Positions 34,443 through 42,285 of a stretch of DNA of 42,285 nt are shown here, piece after piece. The stretch is from a virus. Position 1 is the first letter of the stretch. The number at the start of each line of letters is the position of its first letter. The DNA lies in IMG/VR virus record IMGVR_UViG_3300045988_122987. The stretch is one strand, 5' to 3'. The translations under genes and the position numbers were made by a program. The notes beneath the pieces were generated by a model, which saw only the letters and a list, made by a program, of their open reading frames with translations, searched no databases and was not told where the DNA came from.

Positions 34443-36050
34443 ATGACAGTACAGAAAGACGTTACTAAAAACATCTATGTTGGTAACGGCTCAACAAGGA
34501 CATTTCCGGTTACCTTTGAGTGTCCTGCAGAGCATCCGGAATATATTAAGGTATATCTGATGCAGGATGATGGAACGGCACTGGCCACAAGCGATTATCA
34601 GCTGGACATGGATGCAAGGCAGATAACATATCCTAGTAGCGGAACAGCGCTGCCGGAAGGCAAGAAACTGGTTATCATGCGCGAGCTGCCGTTGCAGCAA
34701 ATGATGAACCTTGTAAACAACGGGCCGTACTTCGCGGAAGATATTGAAACTGCGTTTGATGAATGCGTAATGGCTATGCAGCAGATAGCCGAAAAACTTA
34801 ACCGCAGTATTATCATGAGTGTTGATATAGATGGTGACACTTTTGTCAATGAAGTGCCGTTCGAGGCCGGCAAATCTTTCCGAATTGCGGATGATGGCAA
34901 GAGCATTGTTTTAACGGAAGACCCAGCGAGAGTAATTGGCGGGGCAAAGCAATTACTCGCTGAAACAACTACCAAGGCAGAGGAAACTGCGGCTAATACT
35001 GAAACGACCAAAACAAATACAGAAAAAGCCAAGCAATATGCAGAAGCTGCTAGCGATTCTAAAGATTTAGCTAAGCGGTGGGCAGAAGCTACCGACAGTC
35101 CCGACTATACAACATCTAAGTCTGCTAAGACATGGGCAGGAGAAGCTAAGGATGCAAGGGATGAAGCGAAAGATACTGCTGTGAATTTAGGAAATCCTGT
35201 TGTAAATATTACAGAGGATAAAGGTACAGTTACAGTTAGCAAAAGCGATGGCAGCAGTAGTAACTTTACTACGTTCCCTAAGTTTGTAGAGATTCCTGCA
35301 AATGCAGATTTAAATGATTATAAGCAGGAAGGCTTTTATATATGTAAGACAAATAGGGACGCTGCAACATTACAAAACTGCCCTATGAAAATAGGTTTTC
35401 TGATGGAAGTCTATACTACAACTTATGAATATGACGGTGCAACAGATAGTTGGATGCACCAACGTATTATCACCTTCAGTGATGCACTGATATATAGCCG
35501 TGCATATGGTACATGGGATGGTGGGAAATGGTATTCATGGCAGAGTACCCCTGCTATTGGCACAATTCTCCCCTTTGCTGGTGCTAATAGTATACCGGAA
35601 GGCTACTTAGTTTGTGATGGTTCTGCTATCAGTCGCACAACTTATGCACAGCTTTATGCTGTTATTGGTAACACATATGGAGCCGGTGACGGCAGTACAA
35701 CCTTTAATGTCCCTAACCTTAAAGGACGATATATTGAAGGACAAAATAATGCTGCTGTTGGTAAGGTGTGGGAAGCAGGACTGCCGAATATTACAGGTAG
35801 ATTATGTTCTCAAATGTTCAGCAATAAGAATGATATAGAAGGAGGGTTAAAGGATAATTTAGACTATTGGACCGGAGCTTTAAATACTCATGTGTGGAGC
35901 ACCATCACTACAGGTTATAATAGCTATTCCGGGGGTAATAGCTATGGAGGTCAAGTAAGGTTCGACGCATCCAAATCTAACGCCATCTACGGCAAGGCTG
36001 GCACTGTTCAGCCCCCTGCCGTAACCATGCGCTACATCATTAAATATTAA
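34443..36050 (+). CDS. Tail fiber protein, 535 aa, with a T7 gp17-like N-terminal adaptor, a coiled-coil shaft and a C-terminal tail-collar receptor-binding domain. The start is adjusted from 34407.
   Basis: The N-terminus IYVGNGSTRTFPVTFECPAEHPEYIKVYL matches the gp17 N-domain pattern YQLDGSNRDFNIPFEYL. The collar motif is PFAGANSIPEGYLVCDGSAISRTTYAQLYAVIGNTYGAGDGSTTFNVPNLKGRYIEG. The SD GGAAAGGAG precedes the ATG. Confidence 0.7.
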   Translation: MTVQKDVTKNIYVGNGSTRTFPVTFECPAEHPEYIKVYLMQDDGTALATSDYQLDMDARQITYPSSGTALPEGKKLVIMRELPLQQMMNLVNNGPYFAEDIETAFDECVMAMQQIAEKLNRSIIMSVDIDGDTFVNEVPFEAGKSFRIADDGKSIVLTEDPARVIGGAKQLLAETTTKAEETAANTETTKTNTEKAKQYAEAASDSKDLAKRWAEATDSPDYTTSKSAKTWAGEAKDARDEAKDTAVNLGNPVVNITEDKGTVTVSKSDGSSSNFTTFPKFVEIPANADLNDYKQEGFYICKTNRDAATLQNCPMKIGFLMEVYTTTYEYDGATDSWMHQRIITFSDALIYSRAYGTWDGGKWYSWQSTPAIGTILPFAGANSIPEGYLVCDGSAISRTTYAQLYAVIGNTYGAGDGSTTFNVPNLKGRYIEGQNNAAVGKVWEAGLPNITGRLCSQMFSNKNDIEGGLKDNLDYWTGALNTHVWSTITTGYNSYSGGNSYGGQVRFDASKSNAIYGKAGTVQPPAVTMRYIIKY

Positions 36051-36067
36051 TAAGGAGGAAACACCGA

Positions 36068-36727
36068 ATGAAATATGTGTATAAGTATGATGAAAAAACA
36101 AAAGAATACTTAGGCAAGGCAGAGGCACTTCTTGACCAATTGGAAACCCAACTGCAACAGAAAGAAATCTACTTATTACCTGCTGCTGCTACATTCATTG
36201 CCCCTGCTCTGCAAGAAGGTTATGTAAGTGTATTCCAAGATGGTGCTTGGGAAAATCTTGAAGATAACCGAGGTAAAGAATATTGGCTGCAGGATGATGC
36301 TTATGGTACACCTGCACGCAAGATGGAAACATTAGGGGCACTTCCTGCTAACGCTGTATTTACTCCACCGCAGAAAACACTTGAACAGGTAAAGCAAGAA
36401 AAAATTATAGAACTCAAAGCTATGCGTGATATGCGTGAGGTTGAGCCTATTGCCTACCAAGGTTACTCTTTTGATTATGATAGCAAGGCGAGGGACAGAA
36501 TCAGCGCTGCTATCATTGCTCTTGAAGCAGCAGGTGCTTCCGCTACCCTCACGTGGACTACCGCAGATAATCAAGATGTAAAAGTAACTGCGTCTGACCT
36601 GCGTGGTATCATTGCACAGGTTGCGGTACGTAGTGATAAGCTTCATACTGCTTATAGGAAAGCTAAGGAAAAAGTTGAAACTGCTGCAACTAAAGCAGAG
36701 GTTGAAACTGTTGAATTAGAAGTTTAA
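36068..36727 (+). CDS. Putative tail fiber assembly or chaperone protein, 219 aa.
   Basis: It lies immediately downstream of the fiber gene. The SD AAGGAGGA precedes the ATG. The motif KIIELKAMRDMREVEPIAYQGYSFDYDSKARDRISAAIIA resembles fiber-assembly C-domains. Confidence 0.4.
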   Translation: MKYVYKYDEKTKEYLGKAEALLDQLETQLQQKEIYLLPAAATFIAPALQEGYVSVFQDGAWENLEDNRGKEYWLQDDAYGTPARKMETLGALPANAVFTPPQKTLEQVKQEKIIELKAMRDMREVEPIAYQGYSFDYDSKARDRISAAIIALEAAGASATLTWTTADNQDVKVTASDLRGIIAQVAVRSDKLHTAYRKAKEKVETAATKAEVETVELEV

Positions 36728-36763
36728 GTATTAGTGACAAAATAAATAGGAATGAGGTGTTTT

Positions 36764-37108
36764 ATGATTGAATCAACTATACAAACTGTAATAAATATTA
36801 TTGCTGGTGCTGTTATTTCCTATCTTTTTGCTTTGTATCGCGCAAAGAAAAAAGAAAACAATGCTTTAAAGGCAGGCTTGCAAGCGTTGCTCCGCGATAG
36901 AATCATCCAGGCTTATAATCACTATGTCCAGGATAAAGGCTGGATACCAATCTACGCAAAAGAAAGTATCGACGCCTGCTATCGGAGTTACGAGGCGCTG
37001 GGCGACAATGGCGTGATTGACAGTCTGATGGAGCAGTTAAACGAGCTGCCTAACTATGACTTAAAAGGACATGATGAAAAATGCAAGGAGTGTAAGTGTC
37101 ATGCGTAA
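36764..37108 (+). CDS. Holin-like protein with one TM helix, 114 aa. The start is adjusted.
   Basis: The N-terminal TM segment is TVINIIAGAVISYLFALY, followed by a charged tail. The SD GAGGTG lies 5 nt upstream of the ATG at 36764. Confidence 0.4.
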   Translation: MIESTIQTVINIIAGAVISYLFALYRAKKKENNALKAGLQALLRDRIIQAYNHYVQDKGWIPIYAKESIDACYRSYEALGDNGVIDSLMEQLNELPNYDLKGHDEKCKECKCHA

Positions 37109-37334
37109 GATTTTGAATATGCTAAAGAAAGATGATAACACGCTGAGCATCGGCAGACTGTGTGCAGTGCTTGCGTTTATCGTTTTCTGCGTAATATCTA
37201 TTTACCTTGCGTACTTCGTTAAGACGTGGGGCAACTACGAAGCCTTTGCTATGGCGTGTGTATCTTTTATGTTGGCACAGCTTGGTAATAAATACGTCGA
37301 AACGAAAGCTATAAAAGTAAAGAATGACGAGTAA
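37101..37334 (+). CDS. Holin-like protein with two TM helices, 77 aa. The start is adjusted.
   Basis: The TM segments are LCAVLAFIVFCVISIYLAYFV and FAMACVSFMLAQL. The SD AAGGAGTG precedes the ATG. It overlaps the stop of the upstream gene. Confidence 0.45.
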   Translation: MRKILNMLKKDDNTLSIGRLCAVLAFIVFCVISIYLAYFVKTWGNYEAFAMACVSFMLAQLGNKYVETKAIKVKNDE

Positions 37335-37394
37335 CAACTTAACAAAACAATTAAAATGTGAAATTAAGAAGTGAAATTAAAGGAGTGAATAATA

Positions 37395-37664
37395 ATGATT
37401 ATTACAGGTATGGCGCACTTTGAGAGTGTATGCAAAAACAAATTAGTAGAGTGGTACAACCATAATAGCAAAGAGCAAATTACGCTTGAGAATGTGTTTG
37501 TGGTTTGGGCGTGCAAAACGCTGCAGAACTACAAGGCACTGCTGTCGACTACTATCAGCGGCGATGGCATTTATGCTGAATATACCTATAACGGCGACAA
37601 ACAAGAAATGTACGAAGACGTATACAAGAAGGCGTCCAATCGCTGCATCAGAAAGGAAGATTAA
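37395..37664 (+). CDS. Hypothetical protein, 89 aa.
   Basis: The SD AAAGGAGTGA precedes the ATG. Confidence 0.55.
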   Translation: MIITGMAHFESVCKNKLVEWYNHNSKEQITLENVFVVWACKTLQNYKALLSTTISGDGIYAEYTYNGDKQEMYEDVYKKASNRCIRKED

Positions 37665-37666
37665 CC

Positions 37667-38281
37667 ATGATTGGAGATTTATCTAAACGCTATGAGTCCA
37701 ACGGCGACGCCGGCTGCATTAGCAATGGCTATGGCGACGCCGGAGGAAAATCCTACGGCATGTATCAGCTGTCCAGCAACATGGGAGTTGTTGATGACTA
37801 CATCAGATGGCTGCGTAGAAATGGCTATTGGTTTGCAGAGAATTTGACAGAGCATCCGGTTGGTAGTCTTGCTTTTGATGAGGCCTGGCGCTGGCTTGCC
37901 TATAGTAACAACAAAGCTGACTTTGAAAAAAGCCAGCATGACTATATCTGCGATGCCTATTATAAGCCGGCCGTAGCTGCTCTCAAGCATAACAACTACA
38001 ACATCGAAAAGCATCATGAGGTTATGAAGGACGTTGTTTGGAGCCGCGCTGTACAATATGGCGTCGGCAACATTGGTGAGATGTTTGCGGAAGCCTGCGA
38101 GAAGCTGGGATATCCTAACCTTAGTTATGTTGATGACAGCAGTTTTGATGCTGATATGATCAAGGCGATTTACCTGAAGGTCTGCAGCACGTCTGCGTGG
38201 ACCAACGGCAGTCCTGCTTTAAGACAAGGGTTGTATAGTCGCTTTGAAAGAGAATGCGAAGAAGCACTGGAAAGAATTTAA
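37667..38281 (+). CDS. Putative endolysin, 204 aa, possibly a GH108-like muramidase.
   Basis: The N-terminal segment ESNGDAGCISNGYGDAGGKSYGMYQL resembles the GH108 pattern EGGyvnd..DpGGaTkyGI. It is positioned after the holin-like genes. Confidence 0.35.
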   Translation: MIGDLSKRYESNGDAGCISNGYGDAGGKSYGMYQLSSNMGVVDDYIRWLRRNGYWFAENLTEHPVGSLAFDEAWRWLAYSNNKADFEKSQHDYICDAYYKPAVAALKHNNYNIEKHHEVMKDVVWSRAVQYGVGNIGEMFAEACEKLGYPNLSYVDDSSFDADMIKAIYLKVCSTSAWTNGSPALRQGLYSRFERECEEALERI

Positions 38282-38326
38282 GGCTCATGCTTTAAATATA
38301 GTCACTGTACAATAGGAGGAAACATC

Positions 38327-38617
38327 ATGCTTGGATTTGTAGATACTATTGAATTAATGAACAGCAATAATTTTAAAGAACGTTTTATCGCAGAATATGT
38401 TCAGACGAAAATCCGTTACGATGCATTGCATAAAATGCTTGTTAAATATAAGGCTGGAACTTTATCGTTTACTCCGCAATGTAGCTATGAGTTGCTCACG
38501 GAACAGGCAGGATATATGGGTCAATATTTGCACTGCCTTGAAGTGCGTGCTGAAATCGAAGGCGTAAAATTGCCTGACAGTGAGCTTGTTTTTAGCAAGG
38601 TGTGTAAAAATGAGTAA
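38327..38617 (+). CDS. Hypothetical protein, 96 aa.
   Basis: The SD AGGAGGA precedes the ATG. Confidence 0.55.
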   Translation: MLGFVDTIELMNSNNFKERFIAEYVQTKIRYDALHKMLVKYKAGTLSFTPQCSYELLTEQAGYMGQYLHCLEVRAEIEGVKLPDSELVFSKVCKNE

Positions 38618-38631
38618 GGGGGGGTGACATT

Positions 38632-38730
38632 ATGGAAGAGTTAAAAGCTTTTGTTGCTGACAAGAGATTTTTAGTAGGCCTCATTATAGGCTTTACTCTT
38701 GGCGCGTTGCATCATTATTTTGGACTGTAA
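38632..38730 (+). CDS. Small membrane peptide of 32 aa (MEELKAFVADKRFLVGLIIGFTLGALHHYFGL), absent from the track.
   Basis: A strong SD GGGGGGGTGA lies 5 nt upstream of the ATG. There is one hydrophobic helix. Confidence 0.45.
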   Translation: MEELKAFVADKRFLVGLIIGFTLGALHHYFGL

Positions 38731-38742
38731 GATGGGGTTATA

Positions 38743-39153
38743 ATGACAGATGAAACAAGACGGAAAATTGACAAGGCTGTTAAAATCAGCCTTGTTATTG
38801 CTGGCATTCTGCTTATCTGCAATGACGTGTACAATCGATACGGCGGAAGCAGCAGAGCCGACGTGCATCAAGATACAACTAGAGCAGTGGAGAGAATTCA
38901 AGCAGAACACCAATCTGCTGCAAGCGAAATTAAGTCTGCTGGAATCAGCATTAACGACGCAGAAGGGCACGTCGAAAGAGCTGCTGATGCAGTTGGTAGA
39001 AGCGAAGAAGCAGCTCGGATTAACGCAGCAGGCGTTGACGAACTCCAAACGCTCGTTAGCGAGTGCCGAGGAATCGTTAAAAATCAGCGAGAGCTTATAC
39101 GAGAAATTGAAGCTGCAAATGGAATTGAAACGCCAGAAGGCAAAGAGGATTAA
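38743..39153 (+). CDS. Frame A of a dual-coding pair: a type-II membrane protein of 136 aa with an N-terminal TM and a helical periplasmic domain. Candidate i-spanin-like gene.
   Basis: The TM segment is ISLVIAGILLICN. Leu and Ala codon usage resembles the rest of the genome. The SD-like GGGG precedes the ATG. The ORF is open for 136 codons while frame B is fully open over the same DNA. Confidence 0.4.
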   Translation: MTDETRRKIDKAVKISLVIAGILLICNDVYNRYGGSSRADVHQDTTRAVERIQAEHQSAASEIKSAGISINDAEGHVERAADAVGRSEEAARINAAGVDELQTLVSECRGIVKNQRELIREIEAANGIETPEGKED

Positions 39154-39217
39154 GCGACAGCGTAATTTGTATGCCGGGTGCGTAATCTTTGCGGTTGTCT
39201 ATGCAGCTGCAAAATAA
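38750..39217 (+). CDS. Frame B of the dual-coding pair: 155 aa with an N-terminal signal/TM, a long coiled coil and a C-terminal TM. Candidate spanin-like gene.
   Basis: The N-terminus is LLKSALLLLAFCLSAMTC and the C-terminus is LYAGCVIFAVVYAAAK. It is strongly amphipathic K/E/L-rich. The +1 frame relative to frame A stays open for 155 codons. Confidence 0.4.
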   Translation: MKQDGKLTRLLKSALLLLAFCLSAMTCTIDTAEAAEPTCIKIQLEQWREFKQNTNLLQAKLSLLESALTTQKGTSKELLMQLVEAKKQLGLTQQALTNSKRSLASAEESLKISESLYEKLKLQMELKRQKAKRIKRQRNLYAGCVIFAVVYAAAK

Positions 39218-39232
39218 AACACGGATGGTGGA

Positions 39233-39373
39233 ATGATGGAAGAAAAGGAACTAGTCCCCGCCGGCCTAGTAACAATGCTGCTGACCGGTTATCTTAGAAC
39301 AATTTATATTATGGCAGCAGGCTGGGTGTTGACTACAGTTGCGTTGCTTGGTTACATACTTCTAAGTAGGTGA
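39233..39373 (+). CDS. Small membrane protein of 46 aa with two TM segments, absent from the track.
   Basis: The SD GGTGGA precedes an ATGATG start. The sequence is MMEEKELVPAGLVTMLLTGYLRTIYIMAAGWVLTTVALLGYILLSR. Confidence 0.4.
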   Translation: MMEEKELVPAGLVTMLLTGYLRTIYIMAAGWVLTTVALLGYILLSR

Positions 39374-39380
39374 TAACAAC

Positions 39381-39620
39381 ATGAATGAGATGCTACGAAA
39401 GACGCGCGAATGGCTGAACTGTTCAACGCGATGTTCTTTCAGTGCGGTTCTCCATGAAGCAAAAATTACGCCACGCCAGATGCAGATTTGTGAGCTGAAA
39501 TTTGTGAAAGGCTTGACCAATTACCAGATAGCAGCAGAGCTGAATGTATCTGACAAGACAATAGAAAAGGAATTAAACCGTGCTTATAAAAGCATTACAA
39601 ATGTTTTAAAATCCCTCTAA
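39381..39620 (+). CDS. Small sigma-70 region-4-like (LuxR/sigma-r4-type) HTH DNA-binding protein, 79 aa.
   Basis: The HTH is TPRQMQICELKFVKGLTNYQIAAELNVSDKTIEKELNRAYKSI. The SD AGGTGA precedes the ATG. Confidence 0.55.
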   Translation: MNEMLRKTREWLNCSTRCSFSAVLHEAKITPRQMQICELKFVKGLTNYQIAAELNVSDKTIEKELNRAYKSITNVLKSL

Positions 39621-39622
39621 TC

Positions 39623-39655
39623 AGCCGTCCCTTTGGGGGCGGCTTTTTGCTTTCT
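39623..39655 (+). terminator. Strong intrinsic terminator.
   Basis: The stem is AGCCGTCCC-TTTG-GGGGCGGCT (9 bp, one wobble), followed by TTTTTGCTTTCT. Confidence 0.75.
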
Positions 39656-39736
39656 AAAATAGGGAATGTATAGGGAATATCAAGGGAACATTTTCTCTCC
39701 GCTACCTTATAATAAAACTATAAGGAGTGAGCGGCT

Positions 39737-40117
39737 ATGAATATCACGGAACAAAAAACTACCAGTATCAATGTGCAACAGCCACAACAATTCCTGGCAC
39801 AGCTCGAAGGGCAGAACATCTATCAGCTTAACGGTTTTGGCTTTGGCAATAATAACCGCGTGCAGGTTGGCGTGAGTTTGCAGGCCTACAACGAGCTGAA
39901 AGGAATGTGCCAGCAGTATTATGATAAGCTTGTGGAAGTTGGCGTTATCCAGAAAGAGAAAACGCCTGCGGAATTGCAGGCTGAACAAACACAGATGATG
40001 GCTAATGTGTTAGCTGTTGTGAAGGATTTAAAGGCAGAAGTGGAGGCACTAAAAAATGAACGTAGGAACAATAGCGAAGTGGTTGAATCTGCCGCCGGAG
40101 AAGCAGACGGCGCTTGA
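39737..40117 (+). CDS. Hypothetical protein, 126 aa.
   Basis: The SD AAGGAGTGA precedes the ATG. Confidence 0.55.
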   Translation: MNITEQKTTSINVQQPQQFLAQLEGQNIYQLNGFGFGNNNRVQVGVSLQAYNELKGMCQQYYDKLVEVGVIQKEKTPAELQAEQTQMMANVLAVVKDLKAEVEALKNERRNNSEVVESAAGEADGA

Positions 40118-40427
40118 AAAGGCGTGGGAAGTAGCTAGCGTAGCGGCGCAGGGAGTCAATAGCAGAGAGGACGCTATGCGCGTTCTGGCGGAGAAAAATA
40201 TCGGTGCTGATATTCTTGATAAGGCCGCAGGCTATTTGAATAATCCAATCGCCAGCGTAGCGGCTCAGACTATGGGTATCAACCTTGATAAGATGAGACA
40301 AGACATTAACAGTCTGCGTAGTGCGACGGGTACTACATTTAATGCATCGCCGCAACAACAGCAGCAGACTAGTAGTTTGGATGCGCAAATGGATGCGCTA
40401 CGAAAAGGATTGCAGCAGCTCAAATGA
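40056..40427 (+). CDS. Hypothetical protein, 123 aa. Its start is uncertain: it overlaps the upstream gene by 62 nt, and an internal ATG at 40176 with GAGAGGA upstream is an alternative.
   Basis: The ORF is open. It ends with a Q-rich C-terminus. Confidence 0.4.
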   Translation: MNVGTIAKWLNLPPEKQTALEKAWEVASVAAQGVNSREDAMRVLAEKNIGADILDKAAGYLNNPIASVAAQTMGINLDKMRQDINSLRSATGTTFNASPQQQQQTSSLDAQMDALRKGLQQLK

Positions 40428-40468
40428 ACTGATGTAATAAAAACGTTCGAGGAAAGGAGATAAGTACC

Positions 40469-41014
40469 ATGAACGAAAATATGACTATTTCTAATTTCAG
40501 CGGTTGGGGCATTGTGATTTTCTTTATTATCATCATTGCTGCTTTCGCGTGGTTTGTTCGCGGCGACCGCGACCGTTACCCGATTTACGGCTGCAACACA
40601 GTGTCCAATTGCCAAGTGGAACGTCAAGGCCTGATTACGGCAGCTGATACCAACTACCGTATCATCGACGAGGCACGCAATACCCGTGAAACTCTGGGTG
40701 CGCAATTGAGGGCGCAGTGGGACGCTGCACAGGGCGAGAAGATTTTTGATTTGAAGATTAATGCACTGGCTATGCAGAACGAATCTAATCTGAAGCTCAT
40801 GCAGAAGGATGCTACCATTGAGCGTATGACTCTTGCAGCTAACCTGGATGCAAAACTGAACGCTCTTGCAGCAGCTATCGGCAATATCAATTGCCAGATG
40901 CTGAAGAAGCCTGAAGTCACTGGCGTTGGCGTATGCTGCCCGCCGCAGGCTATCTTGAACGGCCTTGGTGTGCAAAGTCTTGCTCAGTTACAGGGCTGCC
41001 AGACTGCTATGTAA
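40469..41014 (+). CDS. Hypothetical membrane protein, 181 aa.
   Basis: The SD AAAGGAG precedes the ATG. The N-terminal TM segment is WGIVIFFIIIIAAFAWFV. Confidence 0.55.
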   Translation: MNENMTISNFSGWGIVIFFIIIIAAFAWFVRGDRDRYPIYGCNTVSNCQVERQGLITAADTNYRIIDEARNTRETLGAQLRAQWDAAQGEKIFDLKINALAMQNESNLKLMQKDATIERMTLAANLDAKLNALAAAIGNINCQMLKKPEVTGVGVCCPPQAILNGLGVQSLAQLQGCQTAM

Positions 41015-41035
41015 TTCCGTCCTAACGGCGGCGCA

Positions 41036-41068
41036 GGGGACGGAGTAATCTGTCCCCTTTCTTCTTAT
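41036..41068 (+). terminator. Intrinsic terminator.
   Basis: The stem is AGGGGAC paired with GTCCCCT, with a 10-nt loop, followed by TTCTTCTTA. Confidence 0.55.
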
Positions 41069-41088
41069 ATGCGCGGAGGTATAGCGAT

Positions 41089-41271
41089 ATGAAACGGGAC
41101 GAATCTAATCTTGTTAGCTTGCTTATTGGTATAGGTATAGGCTGGCTAGGCTTTACCGCAGACGGCCAGCAAGTAGTACGGAACGTACTGCACACGGTAA
41201 AAACGAAGTATCAAGTCGTTGACGCTAACGAAAAGAAAGAAGGGAACAAAGATGTTAAAGAATCCGAATAA
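41089..41271 (+). CDS. Small membrane protein, 60 aa.
   Basis: The SD GGAGGT precedes the ATG. The TM segment is LVSLLIGIGIGWLGF. Confidence 0.45.
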   Translation: MKRDESNLVSLLIGIGIGWLGFTADGQQVVRNVLHTVKTKYQVVDANEKKEGNKDVKESE

Positions 41272-41677
41272 CTGTCATTACAAATCTAGCCTTGATGTAG
41301 CTGCTACTAATCAGGCAATTTTAGCTGACGGCCTTATCAGCTTTGATATTATCAACACCAATACTGGTGTGAGCATTGACTATTCCACCGGCAAGGTTGT
41401 AACCTTAAAACAACCTGGACTGTATCACGTAGACCTGCAAGCCACGGTTGAGCCGACGGCAGCAGGCCTGGTTACAATGAATCTGCTGAAAGGCGGCGTT
41501 GTTATCCCCGGCAAGAATCCTGCTGCGGCAGCGACTGCGGCAGGTAGTGCTGTAAGTTTAACAACTGCGGCTGACATTTATATTCCGTGCTGCGGCGTTC
41601 CCGCTACAATCAGTGCGCAAATTGATGTAGCAGGCACTGTTGCTAGTGCGACTATGGTAGTTACCAAAATGGCTTAA
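41252..41677 (+). CDS. Hypothetical protein of 141 aa, Ala/Thr/Val-rich and beta-rich. The start is adjusted from 41219.
   Basis: The SD GAAGGGAA precedes the ATG at 41252. Confidence 0.45.
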   Translation: MLKNPNNCHYKSSLDVAATNQAILADGLISFDIINTNTGVSIDYSTGKVVTLKQPGLYHVDLQATVEPTAAGLVTMNLLKGGVVIPGKNPAAAATAAGSAVSLTTAADIYIPCCGVPATISAQIDVAGTVASATMVVTKMA

Positions 41678-41692
41678 AGGCGGTGAGCTGCT

Positions 41693-42145
41693 ATGCACAA
41701 AAGATTTAAGCATTATTGGCACGAGGCCCAGGGCAACGAGGTTAAGCAGCAGGAGCTAGAGGACATTGTGTGTGATGCTCTCGACGAGCTGAAGATGCAC
41801 TGCCCTAAACTCTATTGGAACACCATGTATAAGATGCACTGTGCTGTGTATGGCCCGCATTTTGACGAGCATTTAGCAAAGAAAGCTGTTGCCAGAATGA
41901 AGAATGTTGACGGCTCTAGCGGTGAGCATTGGACGTATGAACAGACCAGCCAACTTGCGGACCAACAAGGCATAACGCAAAAAGCTGATTGGTACTATGT
42001 CATGAATATGCTGCACTCTGATTACTCTGCTATCTACGGCAACGACATTAATATGTATATCCGTGTAGCTAAGGCTTATATGGAAGACCCGGACGCGTCG
42101 GAAGGCAAGGTACTTGACGTGTGGCTGGCGCAGATGATAAAATAA
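41693..42145 (+). CDS. Hypothetical protein, 150 aa.
   Basis: The SD GGCGGTGAG precedes the ATG. It is the last gene before the terminal repeat. Confidence 0.55.
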   Translation: MHKRFKHYWHEAQGNEVKQQELEDIVCDALDELKMHCPKLYWNTMYKMHCAVYGPHFDEHLAKKAVARMKNVDGSSGEHWTYEQTSQLADQQGITQKADWYYVMNMLHSDYSAIYGNDINMYIRVAKAYMEDPDASEGKVLDVWLAQMIK

Positions 42146-42152
42146 CAAAAAA

Positions 42153-42182
42153 AGGCTGACACGATAAGGTGCCAGCCTTTTG
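42153..42182 (+). terminator. Intrinsic terminator immediately before the right terminal repeat.
   Basis: The stem is AGGCTGACAC-GATAAG-GTGCCAGCCT (one mismatch), followed by TTTTG. Confidence 0.65.
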
Positions 42183-42186
42183 TAAA

Positions 42187-42285
42187 ACATAAGTGCAATA
42201 TGAACGATTAGTATTTATGCCGCTTTGGTATCTATTGATATACTAAATTTATATCCGCTCGGCTGTGTTCGAGTCCGCGGCACCA
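42187..42285. repeat. Right copy of the 99-bp direct repeat, identical to 1-99.
   Basis: It matches positions 1-99 exactly. The window ends with the repeat, so the true repeat could be longer. Confidence 0.9.

Overview
The window is most likely the complete genome (about 42.2 kb) of a temperate, podovirus-like phage. It is bounded by identical 99-bp direct repeats (1-99 and 42187-42285). Almost all genes are on the + strand; the exceptions are the integrase and two XRE repressors. The lysogeny module (29-4311) holds a large serine recombinase, an AT-rich moron encoding a membrane-anchored coiled-coil protein with a C-terminal Mrr-type PD-(D/E)xK nuclease domain, two XRE-family repressors, and a divergent-promoter switch with repeated TTATCG half-sites. 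The early region (4478-10888) holds many small ORFs, an HNH/zinc-finger-like protein, a LysM membrane protein, a ParB-nuclease-domain protein and a rolling-circle HUH Rep initiator with all three RCR motifs. The late region opens with an ArpU/RinA-like regulator, then TerS and TerL, then a T7-like morphogenesis block: gp8-like portal, Gly/Asp-rich scaffold, capsid, gp11-like and gp12-like tail tubular proteins, a gp14-like internal virion protein, a 700-aa protein with a CHAP peptidase domain, a 3253-aa polyvalent protein in the T7 gp16 position, and a gp17-like tail fiber with a collar-domain distal module. It ends with a fiber chaperone, two holin-like genes, a putative muramidase, a fully overlapping dual-frame ORF pair that resembles embedded spanins, and a small sigma-region-4-like protein. 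The strongest non-coding signal is a roughly 45-bp conserved element present three times. It has the inverted repeat TTTGTA-CTT-TACAAA, then 9 nt after a CGGC motif, then an extended -10 GTGGTAAAAT. Each copy is followed by a hairpin with a U-tract in the leader and a conserved SD/start (GGAAAGGAGCAGAA-ATG). I read this as an activator-dependent late promoter with leader terminators, suggesting antitermination control. No rRNA, tRNA or CRISPR array was found. All homology statements are by-eye motif recognition, not database searches.
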